Positions 26,472 to 36,676 are shown, counted from the first letter of the stretch. The stretch: 64,000 nucleotides of DNA from Bdellovibrionales bacterium Ga0074137 (GCA_001464715.1 LNDT01000023.1:12385-76384), one strand, 5' to 3'. Made by a program: numbers and translations. The notes: generated by a model from the letters alone, not told the origin.

Positions 26472-27566
26472 TTAAGGGTTACGGTCGTCGACCCAACGAG
26501 GCAAGATTAAAACGACGATTTCGGCTCCGGTCGAGGCCGCAGTCCCGGGGCGAGCGGGGACTTTCCCAAGTGTCATGATCGTACCCTCGCCCTTCTCGAT
26601 CGTGAGTGGGGCGGCCGTGGGCGCCCGAACCGATCCATCAGCTCCTTGGCGTGCCGCTGTTTGAGCCAAACCAGTCAAAGAACTTGCGCCACCACTGGCG
26701 GTCGGGGAAGTTTCAGGAGTGGCTGTGAGATCAAATCTGACAGCACCTCTCTCGGGACCTGTGACGTCGATCGGCTCTGATTTTTCTGAGACGCGGTGGC
26801 GAGTGGCGCTGATAATATTATAAGCGCCTTGCGTCTCTCGAAGGCGCGCTTCAAGATCGGGCACCGAGTGGAATCCTGGTTCTGTTGCTCCCATCATCTG
26901 AAGCCATTCCTTTGAGGCTTCCACCCAAAGAAAGGCAACGAGCACTTCCGACTTGGGTTTAGCACCGCGCGCGTCGGCGCCAGCCGCCGAACCTGAATTC
27001 GAATTCGCATCGGTCAGCATTGCATTGGCAGCCGCCGATGTTGGAGATGTTGCCCCCGACACAGCCTGCGATGTAGTTGCCCCATCAGCGCCGAGCGGTT
27101 CCATCGGAGGCGCTCCGGTATCTTCCATAGAAGAATTTTCGGCCACGTCTTCTGACGCCTCATCGCTCGACGTCCCCGTGAGCTGATTCATCGCTTTCAT
27201 AAAAGAACTCTGCGACTTTGCAGATCGAGCTGGGCGCTGAGGCCCTGGGCCGCTTTCCGAGCCAGACTGTCCAGAACTCGACAAGCCCGTAGCGATACTG
27301 TTTTCGCCATGGCTCGATGAATCGGGTCGAAGCAAAACAAAAGCAGCGACGACAAGTAGAGCCATCGCTCCGGCAATAAGTGCGGGGTGTGTCGCCTTCG
27401 GTTTAGGTTTTCTTTTAATGGTCGCCATTTCGACGCCGCAGCTGGCGCAATAAGGATCAACCGGCGTCCAAAATCCGCATTTCGGACACTCCGTTAAGGG
27501 CACTCGCGAGGTGTCCTCAGCGGACTTCATTTTGACGATTACCGACTTGGGGTCAAAATCACTCAC
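26472..27566 (-). CDS. Zinc-ribbon membrane protein with a low-complexity Ser/Ala/Gly-rich region, hypothetical
   Basis: CPKCGFWTPVDPYCASCG zinc ribbon, then TM helix ALIAGAMALLVVAAFVLL, then S/G/A-rich disordered sequence. Divergent from mraZ. Confidence 0.55.
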   Translation of the reverse strand: MSDFDPKSVIVKMKSAEDTSRVPLTECPKCGFWTPVDPYCASCGVEMATIKRKPKPKATHPALIAGAMALLVVAAFVLLRPDSSSHGENSIATGLSSSGQSGSESGPGPQRPARSAKSQSSFMKAMNQLTGTSSDEASEDVAENSSMEDTGAPPMEPLGADGATTSQAVSGATSPTSAAANAMLTDANSNSGSAAGADARGAKPKSEVLVAFLWVEASKEWLQMMGATEPGFHSVPDLEARLRETQGAYNIISATRHRVSEKSEPIDVTGPERGAVRFDLTATPETSPTASGGASSLTGLAQTAARQGADGSVRAPTAAPLTIEKGEGTIMTLGKVPARPGTAASTGAEIVVLILPRWVDDRNP

Positions 27567-27673
27567 CTGGTCGTCCTCGCTATGCGCGTTAAGTTCTTGA
27601 AACGGTTCGCCTCTTTATATTCTGGCCACTCTTTTATTATGCCCATTTTCAGAGCCAAAAGACAATCCAGGTC

Positions 27674-27702
27674 TTGACGCTGTCCAGAGACGCCCTTATT
27701 CT
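27674..27702 (+). promoter_or_regulatory. Candidate sigma-70 promoter of the dcw operon (Pmra)
   Basis: TTGACG (27674-27679), a 17-nt spacer, then TATTCT (27697-27702). Lies ~175 nt upstream of mraZ. Confidence 0.6.
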
Positions 27703-27708
27703 CTAAAA

Positions 27709-27732
27709 GTGGCAAAAAGTGGGGTTTGGTGG
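27709..27732 (+). promoter_or_regulatory. Putative MraZ operator: three direct GTGG repeats at exact 10-bp phasing
   Basis: aGTGGc (27709-27712), aGTGGg (27719-27722) and gGTGGt (27729-27732), immediately downstream of the -10 box. This mirrors the three phased (G)TGGG-type direct repeats bound by MraZ in E. coli and other bacteria. Confidence 0.65.
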
Positions 27733-27877
27733 TAAAGTCGTAGCGATTTTCTGCCGAAACCACTCGAGCCGGTGGGTTTTAGAAACTGCAGTTTTTTGAG
27801 GCTGTCCGGTTTTTGAAGCTGTCCAAGGATGGACGCTTCGTTTTCAAACTCCTCTCTCTTAGGGAAGAGGCTTCAGG

Positions 27878-28396
27878 ATGAAGTCAGGTTCGGATCGAAA
27901 AAATGGGACAAAATCTCGCGCATCACTGGAGGCGCGATTTCGCGGCCGTTTCGAAGTAAAACTAGACCCGAAAGGGCGACTCTCACTTCCACCAAGTCTT
28001 CGGCTTTCAGAATCGCTGGTTGTAACCAATCACCGTCTCAATGGGCGAAATGCCCTCCACGTTTTTACTTTGAGCGCCTGGGAAAAATTAGAATCTCGCA
28101 TTGCGCGTTTGTCGTCGCTGGACGCTTCGGTCCAGGCGTTTGAACGATTTTATCTTTCGGGCGGTCAAGTCGTTGAACTCGACACGCAAGGTCGATTGCT
28201 CGTGCCATCAAGTCTTCGGCGATTTGCGCAGATTGAAACTGACGCCGTCCTGGTCGGGCTTGGCGATAAATTCGAGATTTGGTCGGGCCCTTCGTGGGAG
28301 ACTCTCTTTGGCGAGATGACGGCGAGTTTTGATGAAACGCTGGCACGGGTGGCTTCTCTTGTGCCGACGTTGCCGGATGGAGAAGGTGAGACTTGA
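27878..28396 (+). CDS. mraZ: Transcriptional regulator MraZ
   Basis: Two SpoVT/AbrB-like halves: FRGRFEVKLDPKGRLSLPPSLR and VELDTQGRLLVPSSLRRFA. The N-terminus is ~20 aa longer than typical, so the start is somewhat uncertain. Confidence 0.88.
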   Translation: MKSGSDRKNGTKSRASLEARFRGRFEVKLDPKGRLSLPPSLRLSESLVVTNHRLNGRNALHVFTLSAWEKLESRIARLSSLDASVQAFERFYLSGGQVVELDTQGRLLVPSSLRRFAQIETDAVLVGLGDKFEIWSGPSWETLFGEMTASFDETLARVASLVPTLPDGEGET

Positions 28397-29457
28397 GCAG
28401 CAACAAATCGGCGGCGAATTCTAAAGGTCATGTGCCCGTGCTTTTAAGTGAAGTGCGGGAGCAAGCCAAAGAAGTGGCGCTTGAGCTGGGTCAAGTGGCT
28501 TACGGTTTTGATGGGACCTTCGGTCGCGGAGGACACACGAAAGCTCTTTTGAATGATCATCCTTCTTTAAGAATGATCGCGTTCGATCAAGATGCCGAAG
28601 CAATTCAATTTGGTCAGACTCAGTTTCTGGGCGATGTTGACTGCGGTCGGCTTCAGTTGATCCGTGGAAATTTTGAAAACCTAGAGATGGCTCGCGCAGC
28701 GTTGGCGCAAAACGGAGCCACAAATTTTGATTTTATGCTGTTTGATCTTGGAGTTTCGTCGCCTCAGCTCGATGTCGCCTCTCGCGGTTTTTCTTTTTAC
28801 AATGATGGCCCACTCGACATGCGCATGGACGACAGAACAGAACTCACGGCCGCCAAGATTGTTAACGAATGGGCCGAGCAAGACCTAGCAAGAATTTTTA
28901 TTGAGCACGGCGAAGTGGAGTTCCCCTTCAAAGTCGTACGCGCGATCGTGCAGGATCGAGAGAAGACTCAGTTCGAGACGACGCAGCAATTGGCAGGGCT
29001 TATCGAACGCGTCGATGGGTGGACGAAAAAAGGATTTCATCCCGCCACCCAGTACTTCATGGCACTTCGTATGGAAATTAATCGCGAGACGGATGTCGTG
29101 GCACAAATGCTTCCGAAGGCCCTAAAGCTTCTAAGTCCGGGCGGTCGCTTGGCCGTGATCACTTTTCATTCGCTGGAAGATCGAATCGTGAAAAACTTTT
29201 TTCGCGAGCGCGACGCCGAAGCCACTTTCGGAGAAACAGTAAAACGTAAAGCCATTCAACCGAGCGACGAAGAAGTGGCGCGAAATCCTCGGTCGCGCAG
29301 CGCAAAGCTTCGTGTCTTTCGACGCTATCAAGATGGCGAGTCGAAGCGACCGAAAAATAAGTATGCCCATCTCGCTAAGACGCGACACCTGTCGCCTCCG
29401 CCGGATTATGATCTGGCCGATGATGATCTCGGCGGTGACGAAGAGGAGACTTCATGA
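28393..29457 (+). CDS. rsmH: 16S rRNA (cytosine1402-N4)-methyltransferase RsmH (MraW), with an acidic C-terminal extension
   Basis: HVPVLLSEV, DGTFGRGGHT, FDLGVSSPQLD and SLEDRIVK motifs. The TTG start overlaps the mraZ stop (TTGA). Confidence 0.9.
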   Translation: MSSNKSAANSKGHVPVLLSEVREQAKEVALELGQVAYGFDGTFGRGGHTKALLNDHPSLRMIAFDQDAEAIQFGQTQFLGDVDCGRLQLIRGNFENLEMARAALAQNGATNFDFMLFDLGVSSPQLDVASRGFSFYNDGPLDMRMDDRTELTAAKIVNEWAEQDLARIFIEHGEVEFPFKVVRAIVQDREKTQFETTQQLAGLIERVDGWTKKGFHPATQYFMALRMEINRETDVVAQMLPKALKLLSPGGRLAVITFHSLEDRIVKNFFRERDAEATFGETVKRKAIQPSDEEVARNPRSRSAKLRVFRRYQDGESKRPKNKYAHLAKTRHLSPPPDYDLADDDLGGDEEETS

Positions 29458-29813
29458 AACGTGAGACGATGAATTGGGTGGCCGCGGAGTCTGACGAAGA
29501 GAGCGGACAGAAGTGGGTCGGAATTGCGTGGTCGGACGTGGCGCCATTTCTGAGTGTTGCGATTTTGGCGCTGACATTGTTTTTTTTGGCCTTTTCCAAA
29601 ATGGAAGTTCGGCGACTTGGCTACAGTGTATTGAAACTCTCAAGGGAGGAACGCTCGTTGAGAGATCTTGAGCGCGATGCCGCGATCCGCTTGGCCCGAG
29701 CGACCCGCCCCGAACGTCTGGCTCTATTGGCCGAAAGCCGTCTGACCTTGCGTCGCGCTGAGAAGGGCCAGATCATTCAGATGACTGAAAACGGAGTGGC
29801 CTTCGAACAGTGA
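29454..29813 (+). CDS. ftsL: Cell-division protein FtsL
   Basis: Small bitopic protein: TM helix FLSVAILALTLFFLAF followed by a coiled-coil-like region (LSREERSLRDLERD). Canonical position between rsmH and ftsI, with ATGA/GTGA overlaps on both sides. Confidence 0.75.
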   Translation: MKRETMNWVAAESDEESGQKWVGIAWSDVAPFLSVAILALTLFFLAFSKMEVRRLGYSVLKLSREERSLRDLERDAAIRLARATRPERLALLAESRLTLRRAEKGQIIQMTENGVAFEQ

Positions 29814-31999
29814 CGTCAAAAAAATCTCGGCTTCTTATTTTATTTATTTTCTTTGTCGGCCTTTGGTCGCTTTTGGTTTTCCGCGCGGCGTGGATTCAGC
29901 TTATTCCCAACGCACGTTTGGAGGCGATGAAACGGCGACAGTTCGAAACGACCGTTACGATTGGCCATCGTCGCGGGGACATTCTCGATCGCAATTCCAA
30001 CGAGCTCGCCGCATCGTCGGCCGCGTGGTCACTTTTTGTAGATCCAAAAGTTCTAGGAGAGCCGCGCAAATCGGCACGCCGAATCGCGGCCGTCCTTCAT
30101 CCTTCACGGCGCACGTACGAGCAGATTCGAATTGCGAATTCCATTTACGAGCAGGTGCGAAATAAAAAACGAAGGTTCGTATGGATTCGCCGCCAATTAA
30201 GTCTCAGAGAAAAACTTGCGATTCAGGATTTGAAAATAAAAGGCATCGGTTTTATCGAAGAGCCCAAGCGTGTTTACCCCAACGAAACTTTGATGGCGAA
30301 TGTGCTGGGATTTGTCGGCAAAGAGGGCCGAGGCCTTGAAGGCCTCGAACATCGCTTTAACGAATCGTTGTCGGCGTCGCGCCGAAAAGTCGCCCTTCAA
30401 AAAGACGCTCGGGGACGACCTTTGATTCTCAACGGGCAGGTTTTCACGGAAGCTCCGGACGGTGCGACTGTGCAGTTGACGATTGATCGCGATCTCCAGT
30501 TTTTCGTCGAACGAGAATTAGCGAACGCCGTCACCAAGCATGAAGCCGCGGCCGCGACAGCGATCGTACTGGACGCACAGACGTCTGAAATTTTGGCGAT
30601 GGCAACGCTTCCGACCTTCAATGCGAACGAAGGAAGTAAGGCGCGCCCAGAAAATCGACGCAATCGCACCATCACGGATCTTTTCGAACCTGGATCGACG
30701 ATGAAGACGTTTGTCATTGCTGAAGCTCTCGAAAAAGAAAAAATCCAGCCCAATACAAAAATTTTTGCCGAGAACGGTCTGATGAAAATCGGCAAGCGAA
30801 CAATTCGTGAAGCCGACGCAAAACATCACTTCGGATGGATAACGGCCACTGAAATTTTGTCGCATTCTTCCAACGTTGGTTCAACAAAAGTGGCTCTGCT
30901 CTTAGGCGATCGGGATGTGCGTGCGGCGTATTTGCGCTTCGGTTTCGGCGAAACAACGGGCGTTGATCTTCCGGGTGAGGCCCGTGGAAAAGTCCACGCG
31001 CTGCCGTGGGGCGATCACTTATTAGCGAATATTTCGTTTGGGCACGGCGTCTCGACGACCGCTCTTCAGATTGCCAACGCCTATGCCGCCATCGCCAACG
31101 GTGGTTGGTTGAAGCGACCCTACATCGTAAAGTCGGTTCTAGATCCCGAATCGGGCCAGACGATTGAATCGAAGCCAAAAATACTCCGCCGCGTTCTCGG
31201 TGATGAGACGGCTTCTAAAATGCGCCTGATGTTGTCGGCGACGACCATCGGCGAAGGTACGGGCTTTAATGCGCGAGTCCCAGGATTCCCAGTCGCTGGT
31301 AAAACGGGTACGGCTCAGAGGGTACTTGAGGATGGTCGTGGCTACGAGCCTGGAGCTTACGTATCAAGCTTCGTCGGTTTTTTGCCGGCGAATGATCCAA
31401 AGTTTGTTATTTTCGTCTCTCTCGACCGACCCCTCAAAAATTTCTATGGCGGGGCCGTGGCAGCTCCTGTTTTCTCGCAAATCGGTCGCTACGCGGTATC
31501 TCGCGCAGGACTTTCTCCGGTCTTGATTTCTGCTAAAAATGTGATCGCATCCGATGCCGCTTTGAAGGCAAGAAATCCTAAAGCCGATGCCGTCGAGTGG
31601 CGGGCCGAGCGGGGCCTCGCCTCGGACGAACTTCGTTCGCAGGGTTTGGCAACGATGGCTGGTCTGAACATGTCGAGTTCTATTTCTGATATTCGTCGGG
31701 TGGCTGGAGTGCGCGATTTTTTCGCTTCCGAACGCGGCGCGATTGAGGACGGAAGTATCGCTGATGGTGATTCTAATTCTGATGCCGACGCTCACTCTGA
31801 CGGGCGCCCGCGTGTTCCCGACGTGGTTGGGCTCAGTTTGCGCGAAGCGATGGAGTCGTTTTCGGCTGTGGGAATTGGCTGGAGCAATATTTCTCCACGC
31901 GGCCAGGGATTCGTTGTGCGCCAGACGCCCGAGCCAGGATCACTTTGGGTCGAAGGAAAGAGTCGCGGCGTTCGCCTCGATTTGACGTTACAGCGATAA
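29810..31999 (+). CDS. ftsI: Peptidoglycan D,D-transpeptidase FtsI (PBP3) with a C-terminal PASTA-like domain
   Basis: Motifs GSTMKTF (SxxK), SHSSN (SxN) and KTGTA (KTG). An N-terminal TM anchor. The C-terminal VPDVVGLSLREAMESFSAVG...VVRQTPEPGS is PASTA-like. Confidence 0.9.
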   Translation: MTSKKSRLLILFIFFVGLWSLLVFRAAWIQLIPNARLEAMKRRQFETTVTIGHRRGDILDRNSNELAASSAAWSLFVDPKVLGEPRKSARRIAAVLHPSRRTYEQIRIANSIYEQVRNKKRRFVWIRRQLSLREKLAIQDLKIKGIGFIEEPKRVYPNETLMANVLGFVGKEGRGLEGLEHRFNESLSASRRKVALQKDARGRPLILNGQVFTEAPDGATVQLTIDRDLQFFVERELANAVTKHEAAAATAIVLDAQTSEILAMATLPTFNANEGSKARPENRRNRTITDLFEPGSTMKTFVIAEALEKEKIQPNTKIFAENGLMKIGKRTIREADAKHHFGWITATEILSHSSNVGSTKVALLLGDRDVRAAYLRFGFGETTGVDLPGEARGKVHALPWGDHLLANISFGHGVSTTALQIANAYAAIANGGWLKRPYIVKSVLDPESGQTIESKPKILRRVLGDETASKMRLMLSATTIGEGTGFNARVPGFPVAGKTGTAQRVLEDGRGYEPGAYVSSFVGFLPANDPKFVIFVSLDRPLKNFYGGAVAAPVFSQIGRYAVSRAGLSPVLISAKNVIASDAALKARNPKADAVEWRAERGLASDELRSQGLATMAGLNMSSSISDIRRVAGVRDFFASERGAIEDGSIADGDSNSDADAHSDGRPRVPDVVGLSLREAMESFSAVGIGWSNISPRGQGFVVRQTPEPGSLWVEGKSRGVRLDLTLQR

Positions 32000-32037
32000 C
32001 TTGCCAAGACGCTTCCTCTGCGCCGACAATCGAGATC

Positions 32038-33576
32038 GTGAACCTAAAAACGCTTTTCACCACTGTGGATCCACGAAAAGACAGCGAAGTCACATCGCTG
32101 GTGTTCGATGCGAAGCTGGCCTCACCAGGTTCGGTTTTTGTTGCGATTCGTGGAAGCAAAGTGGACGGGCACAGCTTTATTAGCGAAGCTATTCAGCGCG
32201 GCGCAAAAGCCGTCGTCGTTGAAGATCCAAGTTTGGTTCCGCGCGAGTTCTCTGGATTTGTGCAGACGGTGGACTCCTCGCGCCGTGAACTGGCGCGTCT
32301 GTCGGCCGCGTGGCAGAGGTCTCCGTCAAAAGAACTTTTCACTGTCGGAGTTACCGGAACCAACGGAAAGACGACGACGACCCATATGATTGAGGCTGTG
32401 TTGAATCATGGCGGTCTTCCAACGGGCGTGATCGGAACCATCGATCACCACCTGGGTGCTAAAGTTTGGTCGACCGAGCGCACGACGCCGGATCCCGTCG
32501 TTTTTCAAACACGGCTTCGGCAGTTTGTTGAAAGTGGAGCGAAAGCTGTCGCCATTGAAGTTACGAGTCACGCTCTTGATCAATCACGTGTGGAAAGCGT
32601 TGAATTTGATGTCGGCCTTTTCACAAATCTCACGCGCGATCATCTGGACTATCACGGAACCATTGAAGCCTATTTTGAATCGAAGCTAAAATTTTTCACT
32701 GAACTTTTACACCGATCTGAAAAGCCTCGGCCACGGGCGATTCTTCACATCGATGATCCGTGGATTGAAAAAGCATTTCAGCGGATCGTACCGCTGAAAA
32801 AGCCCGATGTGTGGACGTTTGGTCAAAAGTGTCGAGATCGCACTTCGGGTGCGAATCACGTCGATTTTGAATATGAGATCCTCACCCAAGGGTTTGACGG
32901 CGCTGAGATCGTGCTGAAATCTCCCTTCGGGGAACGTCGTCTGCAGCTGGCTATGGCTGGCATCTACAATATTCAAAATGCGGTGGGCGCGATGGCTACG
33001 GGGCTTGCTGCGGGTTTTAATATCGATCTTGCATCAAAAGCGATTGAGTCGTTACGCGGCGTCAACGGCCGTCTTGAAAGTGTTGAAAACTCTTTGGGGC
33101 TCAATGTTTTTGTCGACTACGCACACACGGACGATGCGATCACGGCCATTCTGCGACTCCTGCAAGATCTTCGATCGGCGTCGAAAAGCCGCACTTCGGG
33201 ACGGCCTCAAATCATCACTGTTTTTGGCTGCGGTGGAGATCGCGACGCCGGGAAACGCCCGCTGATGATGAAGGCGGCCCTCGGGGGTTCTGATACAGTC
33301 ATTGTGACGTCGGACAATCCGCGCACGGAAGATCCTGAAAAAATCATCGACGATGCGATGACTGGAGCAAGCCCGAGTGATCACTCCCGCATTCACCGTG
33401 TTGTTGATCGACGACGAGCGCTGATGAAGGCTCTCGAGATTGCTACCCAGGGGGATGTGATTTTGATCGCAGGTAAAGGTCACGAAGTCACACAGACCAT
33501 CGGCACTCAGAAGTTCCCATTTTCCGATGTCTTGGTCGTGCGCGAATTGATGGAGGGATCCAATGTCAGTTCTTGA
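32038..33576 (+). CDS. murE: UDP-N-acetylmuramoyl-L-alanyl-D-glutamate--2,6-diaminopimelate ligase MurE
   Basis: GVTGTNGKTTTTHM P-loop, TSHALDQSRV, DYAHTDDA, and the DNPR motif (TSDNPRTEDP) typical of meso-DAP-adding MurE. In-frame GTG 32038 is preferred. ATG 31945 would overlap ftsI by 55 nt. Confidence 0.88.
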   Translation: MNLKTLFTTVDPRKDSEVTSLVFDAKLASPGSVFVAIRGSKVDGHSFISEAIQRGAKAVVVEDPSLVPREFSGFVQTVDSSRRELARLSAAWQRSPSKELFTVGVTGTNGKTTTTHMIEAVLNHGGLPTGVIGTIDHHLGAKVWSTERTTPDPVVFQTRLRQFVESGAKAVAIEVTSHALDQSRVESVEFDVGLFTNLTRDHLDYHGTIEAYFESKLKFFTELLHRSEKPRPRAILHIDDPWIEKAFQRIVPLKKPDVWTFGQKCRDRTSGANHVDFEYEILTQGFDGAEIVLKSPFGERRLQLAMAGIYNIQNAVGAMATGLAAGFNIDLASKAIESLRGVNGRLESVENSLGLNVFVDYAHTDDAITAILRLLQDLRSASKSRTSGRPQIITVFGCGGDRDAGKRPLMMKAALGGSDTVIVTSDNPRTEDPEKIIDDAMTGASPSDHSRIHRVVDRRRALMKALEIATQGDVILIAGKGHEVTQTIGTQKFPFSDVLVVRELMEGSNVSS

Positions 33577-35101
33577 ATCCAACTGGACCCTTTCTGCTCA
33601 AGAGTCCGCCGCGGCCGTCGATGGAAAGCTTGAATTGATTGGTGGCGGCGGTCTTACAGATTCCGTTTTTCACGGTGTCGGTACCGATACGCGCGTGGAT
33701 CTTTCTAGTTTATTGTTTTTTGCGCTGGTGGGCGACGCTCACGACGCCCACAGGTTTCTAAAGGACGCTATTTCTAAAAATGCAGCCGGCCTTGTCGTTC
33801 ACCGCGCGTTGACTCCTGAAGAAGTCGCCGCCTGTGAAGAACAGTCGCGAATTAGCGGAATGCCGGTCGCGATCATCTTGGTGAAAGACACTTTGCTTGC
33901 GCTTCAACAACTGTCTCGCCACTGGCGCATGAAATGCCCGGCGATGGTTTTAGGAATTACCGGGACGAACGGAAAAACTTCGACGAAAGAATTTGCGGCC
34001 GCCATTATCTCGAGCCGGTTTAAAGTTCAGTGGTCCAAGGGAAGCTTCAACAATCACTGGGGTGTTCCGATTTCTCTGCTCTCGATCAGGCCTAACGATG
34101 AAGTGGCTGTGATTGAAATGGGGATGAACCATATAGGAGAGCTTAAGACGCTTTCGCGGCTTGTGGAGGCGAACGCTGTTGTCTGCACAATGGTGGGACG
34201 CGGGCATTTGGAAGGCGTCGGTTCGGTGGAAGGTGTGGCTTTGGCCAAATCTGAAATTTATAGCGAAGCGCCTCGAACGGCGACGTTCATTTTTAATCTC
34301 GATAACGAGCACACGGTGTCGATGATGTCGCGATTTGCCGCTCCCAGCGAGGAAGGTCGCTCGGGCCGAAGAACGGTGACGTTTGGCGCCGCGGCCGGCG
34401 ATGTTTCTCTGCGAGTGACATCGATGGACGCGGATTCGATTCACATTGAAGGAGAAATCCGCGGCGTCGAAGGTCATGCTGTCATCCCGGTTTACGGAAA
34501 ACACAACGTAACGAACTTGATGGCGGCCGCAAGTCTTGCTCTTGTCGCCGGAATGTCTCCGCAAGAAATTTGGAAAGCCCTTCCGCTGTGCCGATCGGCG
34601 TGGGGACGAAATCAGTGGGTTCATCTTAAGTCCGGAGCGCGAGCCATGTTCGATGGCTACAATGCCAATCCGGAGAGTATGCAGGCTGCGCTTGAGAACG
34701 CAAAGTTACTGTCGGTCGATGGCCGGCGCGTGGCGGTGCTTGGCGAAATGCGCGAGCTTGGAGATTTTGCGGCGAGTGCGCATGAGGAACTTGGTCGACT
34801 GGCAAGAGACGTCGGTTTTGCTGAAGTTATTTTCTTAGGACCGTCGGCCGGGGACTTTGCTCGCGGGTTTGAGAGCGTTGATGGCGGAGCGAAAGTTGGT
34901 GCGCCTGGTGGTGCCAGCGGTGGTGCGCCCGTCAGGGCGAAATCGCTTCTTAAAACGATGGCGAGTTTTGATCCCGCGGTGGCCGCAGATTTAAAGACGC
35001 GCCTGGTGCCTGGAGACTTCGTCTTGATCAAAGGTTCCAGAGGCATGAGCCTTGAGACTTTTCTCAAAGGCCTCGATCCCACCGACTTTAAATCGAAGTG
35101 A
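33563..35101 (+). CDS. murF: UDP-N-acetylmuramoyl-tripeptide--D-alanyl-D-alanine ligase MurF
   Basis: GITGTNGKTSTKEF P-loop, EMGMNHIGE, DGYNANPESM and LIKGSRGMSLE motifs. Confidence 0.9.
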   Translation: MSVLESNWTLSAQESAAAVDGKLELIGGGGLTDSVFHGVGTDTRVDLSSLLFFALVGDAHDAHRFLKDAISKNAAGLVVHRALTPEEVAACEEQSRISGMPVAIILVKDTLLALQQLSRHWRMKCPAMVLGITGTNGKTSTKEFAAAIISSRFKVQWSKGSFNNHWGVPISLLSIRPNDEVAVIEMGMNHIGELKTLSRLVEANAVVCTMVGRGHLEGVGSVEGVALAKSEIYSEAPRTATFIFNLDNEHTVSMMSRFAAPSEEGRSGRRTVTFGAAAGDVSLRVTSMDADSIHIEGEIRGVEGHAVIPVYGKHNVTNLMAAASLALVAGMSPQEIWKALPLCRSAWGRNQWVHLKSGARAMFDGYNANPESMQAALENAKLLSVDGRRVAVLGEMRELGDFAASAHEELGRLARDVGFAEVIFLGPSAGDFARGFESVDGGAKVGAPGGASGGAPVRAKSLLKTMASFDPAVAADLKTRLVPGDFVLIKGSRGMSLETFLKGLDPTDFKSK

Positions 35102-35107
35102 TCGCCT

Positions 35108-36181
35108 TTAGTTTCCGAGTCTGGGCAGATAGCGAGCCATCACCGGCGCTCCGAGTTTTTGAACGGCTTGGAATACGTTGTGCTCACGGCAGAGAACACG
35201 GATGTTCTCTACGTCACTTTTTCCTCCCAGCGCCACGGGCGTTCGGTGATCAAATTCCAAACGATTTCGCTCCTCACAGCGACGACCTGCCGGAGAAACA
35301 TATTCGCACTGACTCTTGGCTTTCTGCCACGCGTCTCTTTTCACAGGCACAGAAAATGGCTGCGCTTCTTTTTCCAGCGACCGCGTTGGTCGGGCCGGTC
35401 GAATTCCTGAATTTTCCCGCGGCTCCTCCGCCGGTGGAGTCGCACAATTGTCGTCTGACGAAGTCAGAACCTTTTTTGCTGATGACTTCGCGGCGCCCCC
35501 GATGGAATGAGTCATCGCTTGGTCTTTCTTCCTTGGCTTGCGAAGTGGCGGGGCTTCACCACGTTCCCGTTTTTTCTTTGCGAGCTCTTTTCTCGCTAAA
35601 TTTAGAAAGAGATCTTTCGCAGTTTGATTTTTACTTTTGAGTCGACGGAGGTCTTCAATCACGGCCATCTCGTCGTCGGTCAGATCTAAGGTCAGCCGCG
35701 TAACGCCGGTCGAAAGCTGCCTTTCGAGAACTGGGCGAGCTGACAGTGTCAGCGGAAACTCGTGAACAAGTATTTTTTCGGCCGCCCGTTTCGAGAGTCC
35801 TGAAAGTTGTAACATCACCGACTTCTTTTGTTCCGTAGAAACTTTAATTTTCGTTTCTCGTTCGTGAGCCCTAATTACTACCCGTGCTTGCGCCACGGTC
35901 GATAGACTGAGCTTGCCCGACTCGATCTGGTTTTCAATTTCAACCACGTCTCGCATCGCGCGCATCGCTTCAATGCGGCGGCTGGCTGCGGCCTCCGAAT
36001 ATCCAAGTTTAGCTGTGCAATACGCAAAAAGACTGGAGTAACCAAGTTCGGCGTAGACCAAGCGGCGCTCGATTTCGCGGAGGAGTCTTAAGACTTCGAC
36101 CGTCGCTCGCCGCTCTTCTCCGACCAAGAATTGAATTTTGTGATTGAGCTCTTGATTCGTAAGCTGTGACAACGCTTCCAT
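35108..36181 (-). CDS. DUF222-like / HNH endonuclease-domain protein (antisense insertion inside the dcw cluster)
   Basis: The C-terminal CEYVSPAGRRCEERNRLEFDHRTPVALGGKSDVENIRVLCREHN is an HNH nuclease motif. The N-terminal LRLLREIERRLVYAELGYSSLFAYCTAKLGYSEAAASRRIEAMRAM resembles the DUF222 ('13E12-repeat'-type) domain. ATG 36181 follows AAGGA. The maximal ORF starts at GTG 36226. Confidence 0.75.
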   Translation of the reverse strand: MEALSQLTNQELNHKIQFLVGEERRATVEVLRLLREIERRLVYAELGYSSLFAYCTAKLGYSEAAASRRIEAMRAMRDVVEIENQIESGKLSLSTVAQARVVIRAHERETKIKVSTEQKKSVMLQLSGLSKRAAEKILVHEFPLTLSARPVLERQLSTGVTRLTLDLTDDEMAVIEDLRRLKSKNQTAKDLFLNLARKELAKKKRERGEAPPLRKPRKKDQAMTHSIGGAAKSSAKKVLTSSDDNCATPPAEEPRENSGIRPARPTRSLEKEAQPFSVPVKRDAWQKAKSQCEYVSPAGRRCEERNRLEFDHRTPVALGGKSDVENIRVLCREHNVFQAVQKLGAPVMARYLPRLGN

Positions 36182-36676
36182 CGTAGGTCCTTTTTTGTAG
36201 TGCTCGTTTTGTTCCAACGAGTTCACGATACCATCGGTTTTAAATCCGAAAACTTCCGTGCAGATAGCCTGTTGTTAGCGAGGTTGTAAAAACCGAAGAC
36301 GCCGGAACGTCGGCGGGAAATTGTGTTCAGTGGCGGCTGTCGTGCGAGGCGAGGCCTGGAGGCAAGCATCGAAACTGAATCGCCGCTCGCGAAACTGAGT
36401 TCGAAGGCAGTCAAATTTTTTCTTCATGCACCGATCTTTTTTTTCAAAACGAACCTTTGTGTCCGACGGCCGGACGACAATTCGCCGGGCGGAAGTAGGT
36501 CAGAAAGATCGCCAGAGAAAGTTGCCAGAGAAAGTGGCCGCGAGAGACGGCTGAAAAACTACGAGAGGAAAACGGCTGAATGAGAAAGGCTTGCCGTTGT
36601 CGTGACCACCAAAAAAATACTCGTGACGGTCGGCGCGATTTTTAGTCAGCGCGCGAACTGAAAAAAGCGGAGTCTC

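Noticed and set aside
27563-27763. 66-aa minus-strand ORF upstream of the zinc-ribbon gene
   Set aside because: It covers the mraZ promoter/operator region, has no RBS and has an odd composition. The intergenic regulatory interpretation explains the sequence better.
35108-36600. Possible IscB/HEARO (OMEGA) RNA-guided nuclease locus, given an HNH protein next to a long structured non-coding region
   Set aside because: The ~357-aa protein shows no RuvC-like motifs (no D...E...H/D split nuclease) and no PLMP-type N-terminus. Its N-terminal half looks DUF222-like instead. The non-coding region lies upstream of the gene, not in the position expected for an omega RNA.
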